Assembly: GCA_938009745.1 (NCBI GenBank)
Contig: CALLII010000012.1
Span: forward strand, 1-56,001
Length of the DNA: 56,001 bases
DNA from: an uncultured Flavobacteriales bacterium
GTDB lineage: Bacteria > Bacteroidota > Bacteroidia > Flavobacteriales_D > CAJJDF01
Direction: 5' to 3'
Shown here: piece by piece, positions 27,953-37,017 of the stretch
How positions within the stretch are numbered: the stretch's first letter is position 1
Layout of the letters: the number at the start of each line of letters is the position of its first letter
The notes under the pieces: model-generated
The model's input: the letters and a program-made list of their open reading frames with translations, nothing else
Databases searched by the model: none
What the model was told of the DNA's origin: nothing
Program-made: the position numbers and the translations under genes

Positions 27953-29185
27953 ATGAGTATTGTTTACGCACTTATTATTCGTTTTTATCGCATCATGATT
28001 AGCTTGGTTTCATTATGGAACCCAAAAGCTAAAAGGTGGATTGCAGGCAGAAAAAAATGGGAAAGTAACTTATCTAAAGCAATAGGAACCAAAGAAAATA
28101 TTCATTGGTTTCATTGTGCATCATTAGGAGAATTTGAACAAGCTCGTCCTCTTATCGAAAAGATAAAAAAAGAGAAACCTGACACTTCAATTTTAGTCTC
28201 TTTTTTCTCTCCATCTGGATATGAACAAAGAAACAATTACGAGCTTGCTGATTACGTTTGTTACCTCCCTTTGGATACAAAATTGAATGCTAAAAAGTTT
28301 ATTTCTGGTTTAAATATTACCAAAGCATTTTTTGTAAAATACGAAGTTTGGCCAAATTATTTTAAGCAGCTAAACAAACAAAAAATAGATTTTTACATCA
28401 TTTCGGCAACTTTCCGTAAGAGTCAAATTTACTTTAAACCAACTGGGGTGTGGTTCAAGAATTTATTGAAATTACCAACACAAATTTTTGTACAAGATGA
28501 AGCTTCTAAAACATTATTATCAATGAATAATATTGACTGTATTGTTGCAGGAGACTCAAGATATGATAGAGTTTTATCTACTGCTAAAAAAGCCGTTCCA
28601 AACAAAATTATTGAGCAGTTTTGTAGCAGTAAATTTACGCTTGTAGCTGGCAGTAGTTGGGAAAAAGAAGAAGAGCTTATTTTAAAAGCTTTTTACAACT
28701 CAGATAAGTTTTTTAAGATTGTTTTTGCTCCTCATGACATCAGTGAAAGCCATGTAAAAGGAATACTTGATAAAATAAAAAAAGATACAAAATTCATTCG
28801 ATATTCTGATGTAAAAGAAGGTGTAAATTTACAGAATTTTGATATTTTAATTTTAGATAATATTGGGCTACTTTCCAATGCGTATCAATATGGATCGGCA
28901 GCATTTGTTGGAGGAGGTTTTAATAATGCACTTCATAATATTTTGGAGCCAGCTACTTTTGGTCTACCAGTTTTTTATGGAAATAATCATGCTAAATTTC
29001 CCGAAGCAAACGACATGAAAAAGAATGGAGCTGGAGTTGATATTGAGGGTTATCTTGATTTTGAAATGGAACTAGGATTAATTCTCGAAAACAAAAAAGT
29101 GTTGGCCAGAAAAATAGATTTAAACAAAAATTTTATTCAATCTAGAACTGGGGCAACAGACCTAATTTATACCGATTGTATATAA
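27953..29185 (+). CDS. waaA: 3-deoxy-D-manno-octulosonic acid (Kdo) transferase
   Basis: WFHCASLGEFEQ, FFSPSGYE, YLPLD, KYEVWPN, AGSSW, FVGGG..HNILEPA. Confidence 0.93.
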   Translation: MSIVYALIIRFYRIMISLVSLWNPKAKRWIAGRKKWESNLSKAIGTKENIHWFHCASLGEFEQARPLIEKIKKEKPDTSILVSFFSPSGYEQRNNYELADYVCYLPLDTKLNAKKFISGLNITKAFFVKYEVWPNYFKQLNKQKIDFYIISATFRKSQIYFKPTGVWFKNLLKLPTQIFVQDEASKTLLSMNNIDCIVAGDSRYDRVLSTAKKAVPNKIIEQFCSSKFTLVAGSSWEKEEELILKAFYNSDKFFKIVFAPHDISESHVKGILDKIKKDTKFIRYSDVKEGVNLQNFDILILDNIGLLSNAYQYGSAAFVGGGFNNALHNILEPATFGLPVFYGNNHAKFPEANDMKKNGAGVDIEGYLDFEMELGLILENKKVLARKIDLNKNFIQSRTGATDLIYTDCI

Positions 29186-29272
29186 GCTAAGTGGTATAAA
29201 ATTAAGATTTATTCGCTTTGTCAATCCGTTTATCTTTAATACATTCACACTTCAAAAATTTTTATTCATACT

Positions 29273-31588
29273 ATGAGGAATTTTTTTTCAATTCTACTTG
29301 CTTTATTTATTACTTTAAGTTCTTTTACTCAAGAAGGAACAATTAAAGGATTTGTTTATGACAAAGAGTCTGGAGAGCCCGTTATTTTTACTACGGTAAT
29401 GTTGAAAGGGACATCCATTGGAATTTCTACAGATGTAAATGGGTATTACAGTATTACTAAAATTGCTCCAGGAGAATACATACTAACTGTAGCTAACTTA
29501 TCCTATCAAACTTTTGAATTTCCTGTTACTATAGGTAGTAATACTATCATTTCTAAGAACATTTATTTGACAGAAGATACTAAGATGTTGGATGAATTTG
29601 ATGTAAGTGCGGAGCAACAAGAAGCTAGGACAGAGATAAAAATGTCAATGACCAAAGCAACTGGTGATGATATAAAAGATATTCCTGCAATTGGAGGTGA
29701 TGCTGATATTGCAACCTATTTCCAAACTGTGCCAGGAGTTGTAACAACTGGTGATCAAGGAGGGCAAATGTATGTAAGAGGTGGTTCTCCAATTCAAAAC
29801 AAAGTATTACTTGATGGAATGATTATTTACAATCCATTTCACTCAATTGGTTTTTTCTCCGTTTTCGAAACAGAAATTATTCGAAATGCTGACATTTACA
29901 CTGGTGGATTTAATGCTGAGCATGGAGGTAGAATTTCTTCTATAATGGATATTACTACGCGTGATGGAAATCCAAATTCTACTAAAGCAAGGTTTTCTGC
30001 ATCACCATTTATGGCAAAGGTAGTTCTTGAAGGACCATTAAAAAAAGCGAAGAAAGAAGGAGATGGAACTATATCTTATGTTTTAACTGGTAAGCACTCA
30101 TACTTAGATCAAACTTCTAAAGTATTGTATCCATATATTGATACCACAGGGGAAGGATTACCTTTTGGATTCACTGATTTATATGGAAAACTAACTTTCA
30201 AAAGTAGAAATGGAAGTAAATTTAACTTATTTGGATTTAACTTTAGGGATAATGTAAATTACCGATCTATCTCAAACTTAAGTTGGGGTTCTTGGGGAGT
30301 TGGATCAAATTTCTTATTGGTTCCAGGTTCCTCTAGAGTATTGATTGAAGGTAAATTCTCTATTTCGGATTATAACTTAAACCTAACTGAGCTAAATGGT
30401 CAAACACGTTCTTCTGGGATAAACAGTTTTAATTTTGGGTTTGATTTTAAATACTTCATTAAGGAAAGTGAATTAAAATACGGTATTGAAGTTTCGGGTT
30501 TTGGAACAGATTTTAGTTATGTGAATTCTACCAATGCAACAATATCTCAACAAGAAAATACTACAGAGATTGGTTCATACATTTCCTACAGAATTGTAAA
30601 AGGATTGATGGTAATTGAGCCAAGTTTTAGGCTTCAGTATTATGCAACATTAAAGGAAGCTTCCCCTGAGCCAAGATTAGGGTTCAAGTATAACGTAGAT
30701 GAAAACTTTAGAATTAAGTTAGCAGCCGGGATGTATTCTCAAAACTTAATTGCAGCAAACTCTGATAGAGATGTGGTAAACTTATTTTACGGTTTCTTAT
30801 CAGGACCAGAAAATTTACAAAATGAATTTACTGACGAAGATGGAAATACTAGAGATGTAACGCACTCGCTACAAAAAGCAAATCACTTAATCGTAGGTGC
30901 TGAGGTAGATTTATCTAAAAAGGTAAGTATAAATGTAGAAGGTTATTACAAAAGGTTTACTCAGCTTACTAATATAAATAGAAACAAAATTTTTAACGAA
31001 AGTGATAATTTAGATGTTCCTGAAATCTTGGTTAAAGATTTTGTAATTGAAACTGGTGATGCTTACGGAGTAGATTTTGTTACAGAATACAACAATAAAA
31101 AACTTCGTTTGTGGGGAGTTTATTCGCTTGGTAAAGTAACAAGATGGGATGGTGTAAGAACATACGCTCCTGTATTTGATAGAAGACACTCGATTAACTT
31201 TTTGGGGACTTACAAATTTGGAAAAAAAGAAGATTGGCAAATAAATGCTAGATGGAATTTTGGAACTGGATTACCTTTTACTCAAACTCAAGGTTATTAC
31301 CAAAAGATTGATTTTGACGAAGGAACAGGAACAGACATTACACAAGCTAACGCAGACGAATTAACTGCTGTTTACGCTAATCTTAACGAAGGAAGATTGC
31401 CAACTTACCACAGGTTTGATGTAAACATCAAAAAATTGATAGAGCTAGAAAATTCTGAGTTGGAACTTAACTTTGGAATCACAAATATCTACAACCGTGA
31501 AAACATTTTTTACGTAGATAGATTAACTGCTGAAAAAGTATACCAACTACCAATACTACCAAGTTTTGGAATTGCTTGGAGTTTGTAA
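29273..31588 (+). CDS. TonB-dependent receptor with N-terminal carboxypeptidase-regulatory-like domain
   Basis: Signal peptide, IKGFVYDKESGEP, plug motifs (VRGG, YTGGFNAEHGGRISS), EPRLG, RLPTYHRFD, NIYNREN. Confidence 0.88.
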   Translation: MRNFFSILLALFITLSSFTQEGTIKGFVYDKESGEPVIFTTVMLKGTSIGISTDVNGYYSITKIAPGEYILTVANLSYQTFEFPVTIGSNTIISKNIYLTEDTKMLDEFDVSAEQQEARTEIKMSMTKATGDDIKDIPAIGGDADIATYFQTVPGVVTTGDQGGQMYVRGGSPIQNKVLLDGMIIYNPFHSIGFFSVFETEIIRNADIYTGGFNAEHGGRISSIMDITTRDGNPNSTKARFSASPFMAKVVLEGPLKKAKKEGDGTISYVLTGKHSYLDQTSKVLYPYIDTTGEGLPFGFTDLYGKLTFKSRNGSKFNLFGFNFRDNVNYRSISNLSWGSWGVGSNFLLVPGSSRVLIEGKFSISDYNLNLTELNGQTRSSGINSFNFGFDFKYFIKESELKYGIEVSGFGTDFSYVNSTNATISQQENTTEIGSYISYRIVKGLMVIEPSFRLQYYATLKEASPEPRLGFKYNVDENFRIKLAAGMYSQNLIAANSDRDVVNLFYGFLSGPENLQNEFTDEDGNTRDVTHSLQKANHLIVGAEVDLSKKVSINVEGYYKRFTQLTNINRNKIFNESDNLDVPEILVKDFVIETGDAYGVDFVTEYNNKKLRLWGVYSLGKVTRWDGVRTYAPVFDRRHSINFLGTYKFGKKEDWQINARWNFGTGLPFTQTQGYYQKIDFDEGTGTDITQANADELTAVYANLNEGRLPTYHRFDVNIKKLIELENSELELNFGITNIYNRENIFYVDRLTAEKVYQLPILPSFGIAWSL

Positions 31589-31596
31589 AGAGATTG

Positions 31597-32058
31597 CTAG
31601 TTTTCTAGATTCTTAAATATCTCTCCAAAATCATCCCAGAAATCATGGGCGCTCACAATATTTTTTTCTAGAAACTGAAAGGTTTCTTGCCAAGTATCTT
31701 TGTTAAAAATTGATACGTTATGTAGCTCCACATATATCCTTGAAACATCCCCATAATCCCTATCATAATTTGGTTCCCAAATAAGATTGTGCTCAAAAGA
31801 ATCAGTAATTACTGATTTTAATTCTTCAAACTGCTCATAAAACAAAGCACGCAAACCGTCATCATTGTGTTGAATATCAAAAGAGAAAAAAGCCTTTTTC
31901 TTGGTAACATCTAACCTAAAGTAAATGTCTTTGCACTTGGTGTTGTAATTTACCCACCTTATTTTATTTTCATATTGATGGTTGTACTTTTTCATGTATA
32001 TCCCAAATGAGGTCCAGAAGTCCTTTCGTAGTCTTTTACTTTCTTCTTTTGAGTACAT
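31597..32058 (-). CDS. DUF4268-like protein
   Basis: MYSKEESKRLRKDFWTSFG...WVNYNT pattern recalled for this Bacteroidota family. Confidence 0.65.
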   Translation of the reverse strand: MYSKEESKRLRKDFWTSFGIYMKKYNHQYENKIRWVNYNTKCKDIYFRLDVTKKKAFFSFDIQHNDDGLRALFYEQFEELKSVITDSFEHNLIWEPNYDRDYGDVSRIYVELHNVSIFNKDTWQETFQFLEKNIVSAHDFWDDFGEIFKNLEN

Positions 32059-32247
32059 AGTTCAATTATAATATGAAAACGTAAAGAAACTAATTTTTTG
32101 ATAAACATAAAATTCTTTACCAATTACCGTTTAATCAATAATGCCTCCCACTGGCTCAAAATTAGGGTAGATACACCAAAAACCATTAACAAAGCGCTAA
32201 CAATTACGTACATTATGGTATAATAACGATCTTAAAAACAACAGGCT

Positions 32248-32982
32248 ATGAAACTTAATACTATCATAATTGATGATGAAGCAAATGCTAGAGAAAATTT
32301 GCAAATACTTATAAATGATTATTGTCCAAGCCTAAATGTTGTAGGAATGGCAAGTAATGTTAATCAGGCCAAGATTCTTATTAATCAATTTAATCCCGAA
32401 GTTGTTTTTTTAGATATTGCAATGCCCGGAGGAGATGGTTTTTCTCTTTTAGACCAATATGACGACAGAAAATTTTCAGTAGTGTTTACAACAGCTCATT
32501 CTGAGTTTGCTCTTAAAGCTTACAAAGCTGATGCGATTGACTATATCCAAAAACCAATAGATATTGACGAATTACAAAAAGCTCAAGAAAAAGTAATGAA
32601 ATTGAGTAACATAGTATGGGATGACCTACATAAAAACCAAGCTACTACCGAAGATGAAATTGCTAAAATTGCAATTCCTACTCGAAGTGGATATATGTTC
32701 ATTGAGAATAAGGATATATTATATTTTAAAGCAAGTGAAAATTATACTGAAATATTTTTGACCTCTGGTAAAAAGATTATAAGTAGTAAGACGATTAAGA
32801 GATATGAAGAAAAAGTTAATCCTCATATTTTTTATAGAGTTCATAAGTCCTTCATTATTAACAAACACAATCATTTGAAAGAGCTTTCAAGACAAATGGG
32901 TAATTTTGCAGTAATGACTAATGGAGAGCACATTCCAATAGCTCGAAGACGTTTAACGGATTTCATGAAAGAAATTGCATAG
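32248..32982 (+). CDS. LytR/AlgR family response regulator
   Basis: IIDDE, FLDIAMP, FTTAH, DYIQKP; LytTR FYRVHKSFIIN, IPIARR. Confidence 0.93.
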   Translation: MKLNTIIIDDEANARENLQILINDYCPSLNVVGMASNVNQAKILINQFNPEVVFLDIAMPGGDGFSLLDQYDDRKFSVVFTTAHSEFALKAYKADAIDYIQKPIDIDELQKAQEKVMKLSNIVWDDLHKNQATTEDEIAKIAIPTRSGYMFIENKDILYFKASENYTEIFLTSGKKIISSKTIKRYEEKVNPHIFYRVHKSFIINKHNHLKELSRQMGNFAVMTNGEHIPIARRRLTDFMKEIA

Positions 32983-33037
32983 TATTAAACTCACTAATTA
33001 TTGTTATATTTAAGTCTAACAAAAAAAATAATTAGAA

Positions 33038-33529
33038 ATGAGTTTAGAAGATATTCAAAGAAAAGCAGCTGAAGCAGCTCGAAATGCACAAGCTAATTTA
33101 AATAATGCAGAAAGTGAAGTTAATTCGCAAATTGCAGAAGCACAAAATTTTATTCAAGCAAGAGGAGTAGATACTTCGAGAATGGAATTTCAATTTGAAA
33201 ACAATACTTTTCATTTAGGCGGTACTGTAGAAACAGGAGAGCAACTTCAGAAATTAGCTGAGGTTACTACTAATTCTGGCTCAACTAGTGCAATTGTAAA
33301 TAATGTAGAATTAGAAGATTTAACTCCAAGAAACATTATGATGAAGGTTGTTACTAAAGGAAGTAACCTTAATGTAAGAGGAGGTGCTGGAACTGACCAT
33401 GACGTAGTTGGAAAATTTCCTAACGGAAGCCAAGTACAAATTGTAAAAAAACCACAAAGTGATTGGTATCATGTAAAAAGTAATGATGTTGAAGGATATT
33501 GCCACACAAATTTCTTGAAAGAAATTTAG
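33038..33529 (+). CDS. BON-like plus SH3b domain protein
   Basis: LGGTV...IVNNVEL BON-like segment; SNLNVRGGAGT...WYHV...EGYC SH3b domain; no signal peptide. Confidence 0.75.
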   Translation: MSLEDIQRKAAEAARNAQANLNNAESEVNSQIAEAQNFIQARGVDTSRMEFQFENNTFHLGGTVETGEQLQKLAEVTTNSGSTSAIVNNVELEDLTPRNIMMKVVTKGSNLNVRGGAGTDHDVVGKFPNGSQVQIVKKPQSDWYHVKSNDVEGYCHTNFLKEI

Positions 33530-33554
33530 AAAGTAGTTTAAATAGTTTAGAATT

Positions 33555-33581
33555 AAAGAGGTGTTTTACACCTCTTTTTTT
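33555..33581. terminator. Hairpin between the convergent SH3 gene and recQ, overlapping the recQ stop
   Basis: AAAGAGGTGT-TTT-ACACCTCTTT plus a T tract. Confidence 0.7.
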
Positions 33582-35488
33582 GTGAGTTTTAATTGGTGAT
33601 TTTCTGTTTGGGCAAGTTCATTATTGTCTAGCTTCCATTGAATTACTTCAATAACTTCTTTTTCACCAAAAGAGCCTAGGCTGTTAACCAAATCTTTAAT
33701 ACTTTTTGATTCAGATTGTAATAGAGCAACAAGTTTTTTATCAATGAAAGAAAAAGTGTTATTGGAAATAGACTTCTTGGTTTGAGCTATGCAGATATCA
33801 CAAATACCACAGTTTTCGAATTCTGATTCATCAAAATAAGACAGTAGTAATTTACTTCTACAAATTACTTCCGACTCACAGTATTTAAACATAAAATCCA
33901 ATTGAGATTTCTTGATCTTCTTTCTATCAGCATAAATCTCTTTAGGAATTCTTAACCTGTCTTCATGAACTCTATCTTGGGTATAAGTAAGCAAAGGAAC
34001 ATCCGAAGCTGGCTGATAATCAATTATCTCTATAGAAGTTAAGTGAGCAAGCATTGTTTCTACTTCCTTTTCAGTCTTTTTAAGAGCGTTACCAATTAGG
34101 TAAGGAGATATTTTACAATAACTATCAAAAATTCCTTCATTCTTCCTCAATAAGAACTGAATTAACCCCTCGTATGGAGCATTTCTTACTTGAAACGTAT
34201 AAAGCTCCGAATTAGAAACTATAGATTTAACTCTTGGGTGACGATAAATAGCTTCTGATAAAAAAACATAATCAGCCAATGATAAAATAGATAGACAATG
34301 ATGTGCAACAATTACCTGAAAATTAAACTGATTACAAAACTCAGTAATGTTAAATTCATAATTAGTAAACTGTCCGCCACCAATTGCCAACCTAAAGTAG
34401 TTCCCAAGTGCATTATATACTTTTTTGATCATATCTAATTCTGGAAACTCCAGTTCATGAAATCTTTCTAGGCTTAGTTTATCACTTGGTTTGTAAAGTA
34501 ATGCCGCAAAAGACTTTTTACCATCTCTTCCTGCTCTCCCTGCCTCTTGAAAGTAAGCTTCAGGTGAAGCTGGTAGTTCCATATGTACAACTACACGAAC
34601 ATTCGGTTTGTCAATTCCCATCCCAAAAGCATTGGTAGCCACAATGGTTTTTACTTTTTCGTCAATCCAGTTTTTCTGTTTTTCATCTCGGTCTTGTTGC
34701 CCTAAACCACCATGGTAATAATCTGCAGAAATACCATTTTGGGTTAAGTATTGAGCAACTTCCATAGTGCTTTTTCTTGTATTGGTATACACAATGGAAG
34801 AGCTGTTTGCCTTTTTCAAAATCTTAATAAGTCGTTCTCTTTTATTCTCTTCTTGCAGAACTAAATATCCTAAATTTTCCCTTGCGAAACTTTGTTTTAT
34901 GATGTTCTCTTTTTCGATAGATAATTGCTCCGAAACATCTTCAATCACTCGCTTATTAGCCGTAGCAGTAACTGCCAAAAAAGGAACAGACTTATCTATA
35001 ACCTCTCTTAAATCCTTAATTTTTTGATAAGCTGGTCTAAAATCGTGACCCCATTGCGAAATACAATGAGATTCATCTACCGCAATTAAATTCACTTTCA
35101 TTTTAGCTACTCTGACCTGAAAAATCTCAGTTTGCAAGCGCTCAGGAGAAACATATAGGAACTTGTAATCGCCATACACACAGTTATCTAGTGCAATGTC
35201 TATTTCTCGTTTATTCATTCCCGAGAAAATAGCCAAAGCCTTTATTCCTCTTTTGTTCAGGTTCTCAACCTGATCTTTCATAAGAGCAATAAGGGGAGAA
35301 ACTACAATGCATATTCCTTCATTAAGCATTCCGGGAATTTGATAGCATATAGATTTACCTCCTCCAGTTGGCAACAAAGCTAGTGTATTATTCCCATCCA
35401 AAACGGAGTTAATAATATCTTCTTGCGAATCACGAAAAGAATCGTAACCCCAATATTGTTTTAATATGTCGTGACTATTTTGGATCAT
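33566..35488 (-). CDS. recQ: RecQ family ATP-dependent DNA helicase
   Basis: PTGGGKS, DESH CISQWGHDFRP, ATNAFGMGIDK, QEAGRAGRDG, CR...CGICDIC Zn site; ATG 35488. Confidence 0.92.
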   Translation of the reverse strand: MIQNSHDILKQYWGYDSFRDSQEDIINSVLDGNNTLALLPTGGGKSICYQIPGMLNEGICIVVSPLIALMKDQVENLNKRGIKALAIFSGMNKREIDIALDNCVYGDYKFLYVSPERLQTEIFQVRVAKMKVNLIAVDESHCISQWGHDFRPAYQKIKDLREVIDKSVPFLAVTATANKRVIEDVSEQLSIEKENIIKQSFARENLGYLVLQEENKRERLIKILKKANSSSIVYTNTRKSTMEVAQYLTQNGISADYYHGGLGQQDRDEKQKNWIDEKVKTIVATNAFGMGIDKPNVRVVVHMELPASPEAYFQEAGRAGRDGKKSFAALLYKPSDKLSLERFHELEFPELDMIKKVYNALGNYFRLAIGGGQFTNYEFNITEFCNQFNFQVIVAHHCLSILSLADYVFLSEAIYRHPRVKSIVSNSELYTFQVRNAPYEGLIQFLLRKNEGIFDSYCKISPYLIGNALKKTEKEVETMLAHLTSIEIIDYQPASDVPLLTYTQDRVHEDRLRIPKEIYADRKKIKKSQLDFMFKYCESEVICRSKLLLSYFDESEFENCGICDICIAQTKKSISNNTFSFIDKKLVALLQSESKSIKDLVNSLGSFGEKEVIEVIQWKLDNNELAQTENHQLKLTKKEV

Positions 35489-35573
35489 TACAAGGATAAA
35501 AATACGAAATGCCAGTTGTTTTTTGTTCAATTGTTTCCATTCATTCTTATCTTTGGTAAAACAAATTTTAATT

Positions 35574-36467
35574 ATGCTTACAATTACTCCTTCAGAAATT
35601 ACTGTACCAAAATTACATCACTATTTATTGGGAGCAGTTGGACCTCGTCCAATAGCTTTTGCAAGTACAATTGATAAAGATGGGAACAAAAATTTAGCTC
35701 CATTTAGTTTTTTCAATGTATTTAGTGCTAATCCACCAATTATGGTGTTTTCTCCAGCTCGTAGCGGACGAACTAACACTACTAAAAATACATTTGATAA
35801 CGTAAAAGAAGTGGCTGAAGTAGTAATTAATATTGTGAATTACAGTATTGTAGAGCAAATGTCTTTAGCTAGTTCACCTTTTGGTGCAGATGTTGATGAA
35901 TTTGTAAAATCGGGATTAACTCCAATAGCTTCGGAAACTGTGAGGCCATTCAGAGTAAAAGAATCTCCCGTACAATTTGAGTGTAAAGTAAACGAAGTGG
36001 TAGAGTTAGGAACCGAAGGAGGTGCAGGAAACTTAGTAATTTGCGAAGTAACCAAAATTCATATTGATGAATCTATTTTAGACGAAAACGGAGCAATAGA
36101 TCAGCACAAAATTGATTTAGTATCCCGAATGGGAGGAAACTGGTATTGCAGAGCAAATGCCGAATCCATGTTCGAAATTAAGAAGCCAATTATGACAATT
36201 GGAGTAGGTTATGATGCTATCCCAGAAGACATTAAAAACAGTAAAATCTTATCAGGAAACGACCTTGGTAAATTAGGAGGAATAGAAGAATTACCTAACG
36301 AAACAGACGTAAACGACCATAAATTAATTGAATTAAGTGAGTTGTTTGTCGATTTAGAAGACGAACAAGATAAGCTAGAATTGGAGCTTCACAAAAGAGC
36401 CAAACAAGAATTGAAAGAAGATAGGCTGAAAGAAGCTTGGATGACGCTTTTGGCTTTTAATGAGTAA
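35574..36467 (+). CDS. Flavin reductase family protein (DIM6/NTAB-like)
   Basis: PRPIAFAST, NLAPFSFFN, VKESPVQFEC, RMGGNWY; TATCTTTG -7 element at 35548-35555; ATG 35574. Confidence 0.88.
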   Translation: MLTITPSEITVPKLHHYLLGAVGPRPIAFASTIDKDGNKNLAPFSFFNVFSANPPIMVFSPARSGRTNTTKNTFDNVKEVAEVVINIVNYSIVEQMSLASSPFGADVDEFVKSGLTPIASETVRPFRVKESPVQFECKVNEVVELGTEGGAGNLVICEVTKIHIDESILDENGAIDQHKIDLVSRMGGNWYCRANAESMFEIKKPIMTIGVGYDAIPEDIKNSKILSGNDLGKLGGIEELPNETDVNDHKLIELSELFVDLEDEQDKLELELHKRAKQELKEDRLKEAWMTLLAFNE

Positions 36468-36564
36468 TTGTTGATATATTGTGAGTATCGGGTTAGATTA
36501 ATTATCAAAATCTTGATATGAATTAATACCTTTGTAGAATCTTAAATAATATAAAAAATAAGGA

Positions 36565-36933
36565 ATGGAATTAGCAGGAAAAGTAAAAGTGATATTTGAC
36601 AAACAAACGTTTGGAAGTGGATTTGAAAAAAGAGAAGTAGTAGTTACTACTCAAGAACAGTATCCACAAGACATTAAGTTTGAAGTGTACAAAGAAAAAT
36701 GTGCTATGTTAGATAACTTCGCAGTAAACGAAGATGTAACAGTGCATTTTAATCTAAGAGGAAACGAATACAATGGAAAGTATTTTGTGAATCTTAACGC
36801 ATGGAAAATTGATAAAGGAGCAGCAGGAGCTTCACCAGAAGGAAATGTAGTGCCAGATAATGCCGCACCATTACCAACTTCTGAATCACCATTTGATTCT
36901 GGAAGTGATGGAGGAGATGATTTACCGTTTTAA
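36565..36933 (+). CDS. DUF3127 protein (OB-fold-like with an SSB-like acidic tail)
   Basis: FEKREVV..EQYPQ..F, NLRGNEY, AWKI, C-terminal DDLPF; TACCTTTG -7 element at 36527-36534. Confidence 0.85.
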   Translation: MELAGKVKVIFDKQTFGSGFEKREVVVTTQEQYPQDIKFEVYKEKCAMLDNFAVNEDVTVHFNLRGNEYNGKYFVNLNAWKIDKGAAGASPEGNVVPDNAAPLPTSESPFDSGSDGGDDLPF

Positions 36934-36957
36934 CTAAAAAAGTAAATATTGAAAATG

Positions 36958-36986
36958 AAAGGGACGATTTTATCGTCCCTTTTTTT
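36958..36986 (+). terminator. Intrinsic terminator
   Basis: AAAGGGACGAT-TTT-ATCGTCCCTTTTTTT. Confidence 0.85.
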
Positions 36987-37017
36987 GTAACTTGTTTCTT
37001 TAAATTAACTTAATTAA

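Noticed and set aside
31597-32058. DUF4268-like gene as part of a defence or restriction system
   Set aside because: It stands alone, with no nuclease, methylase or other defence gene adjacent.
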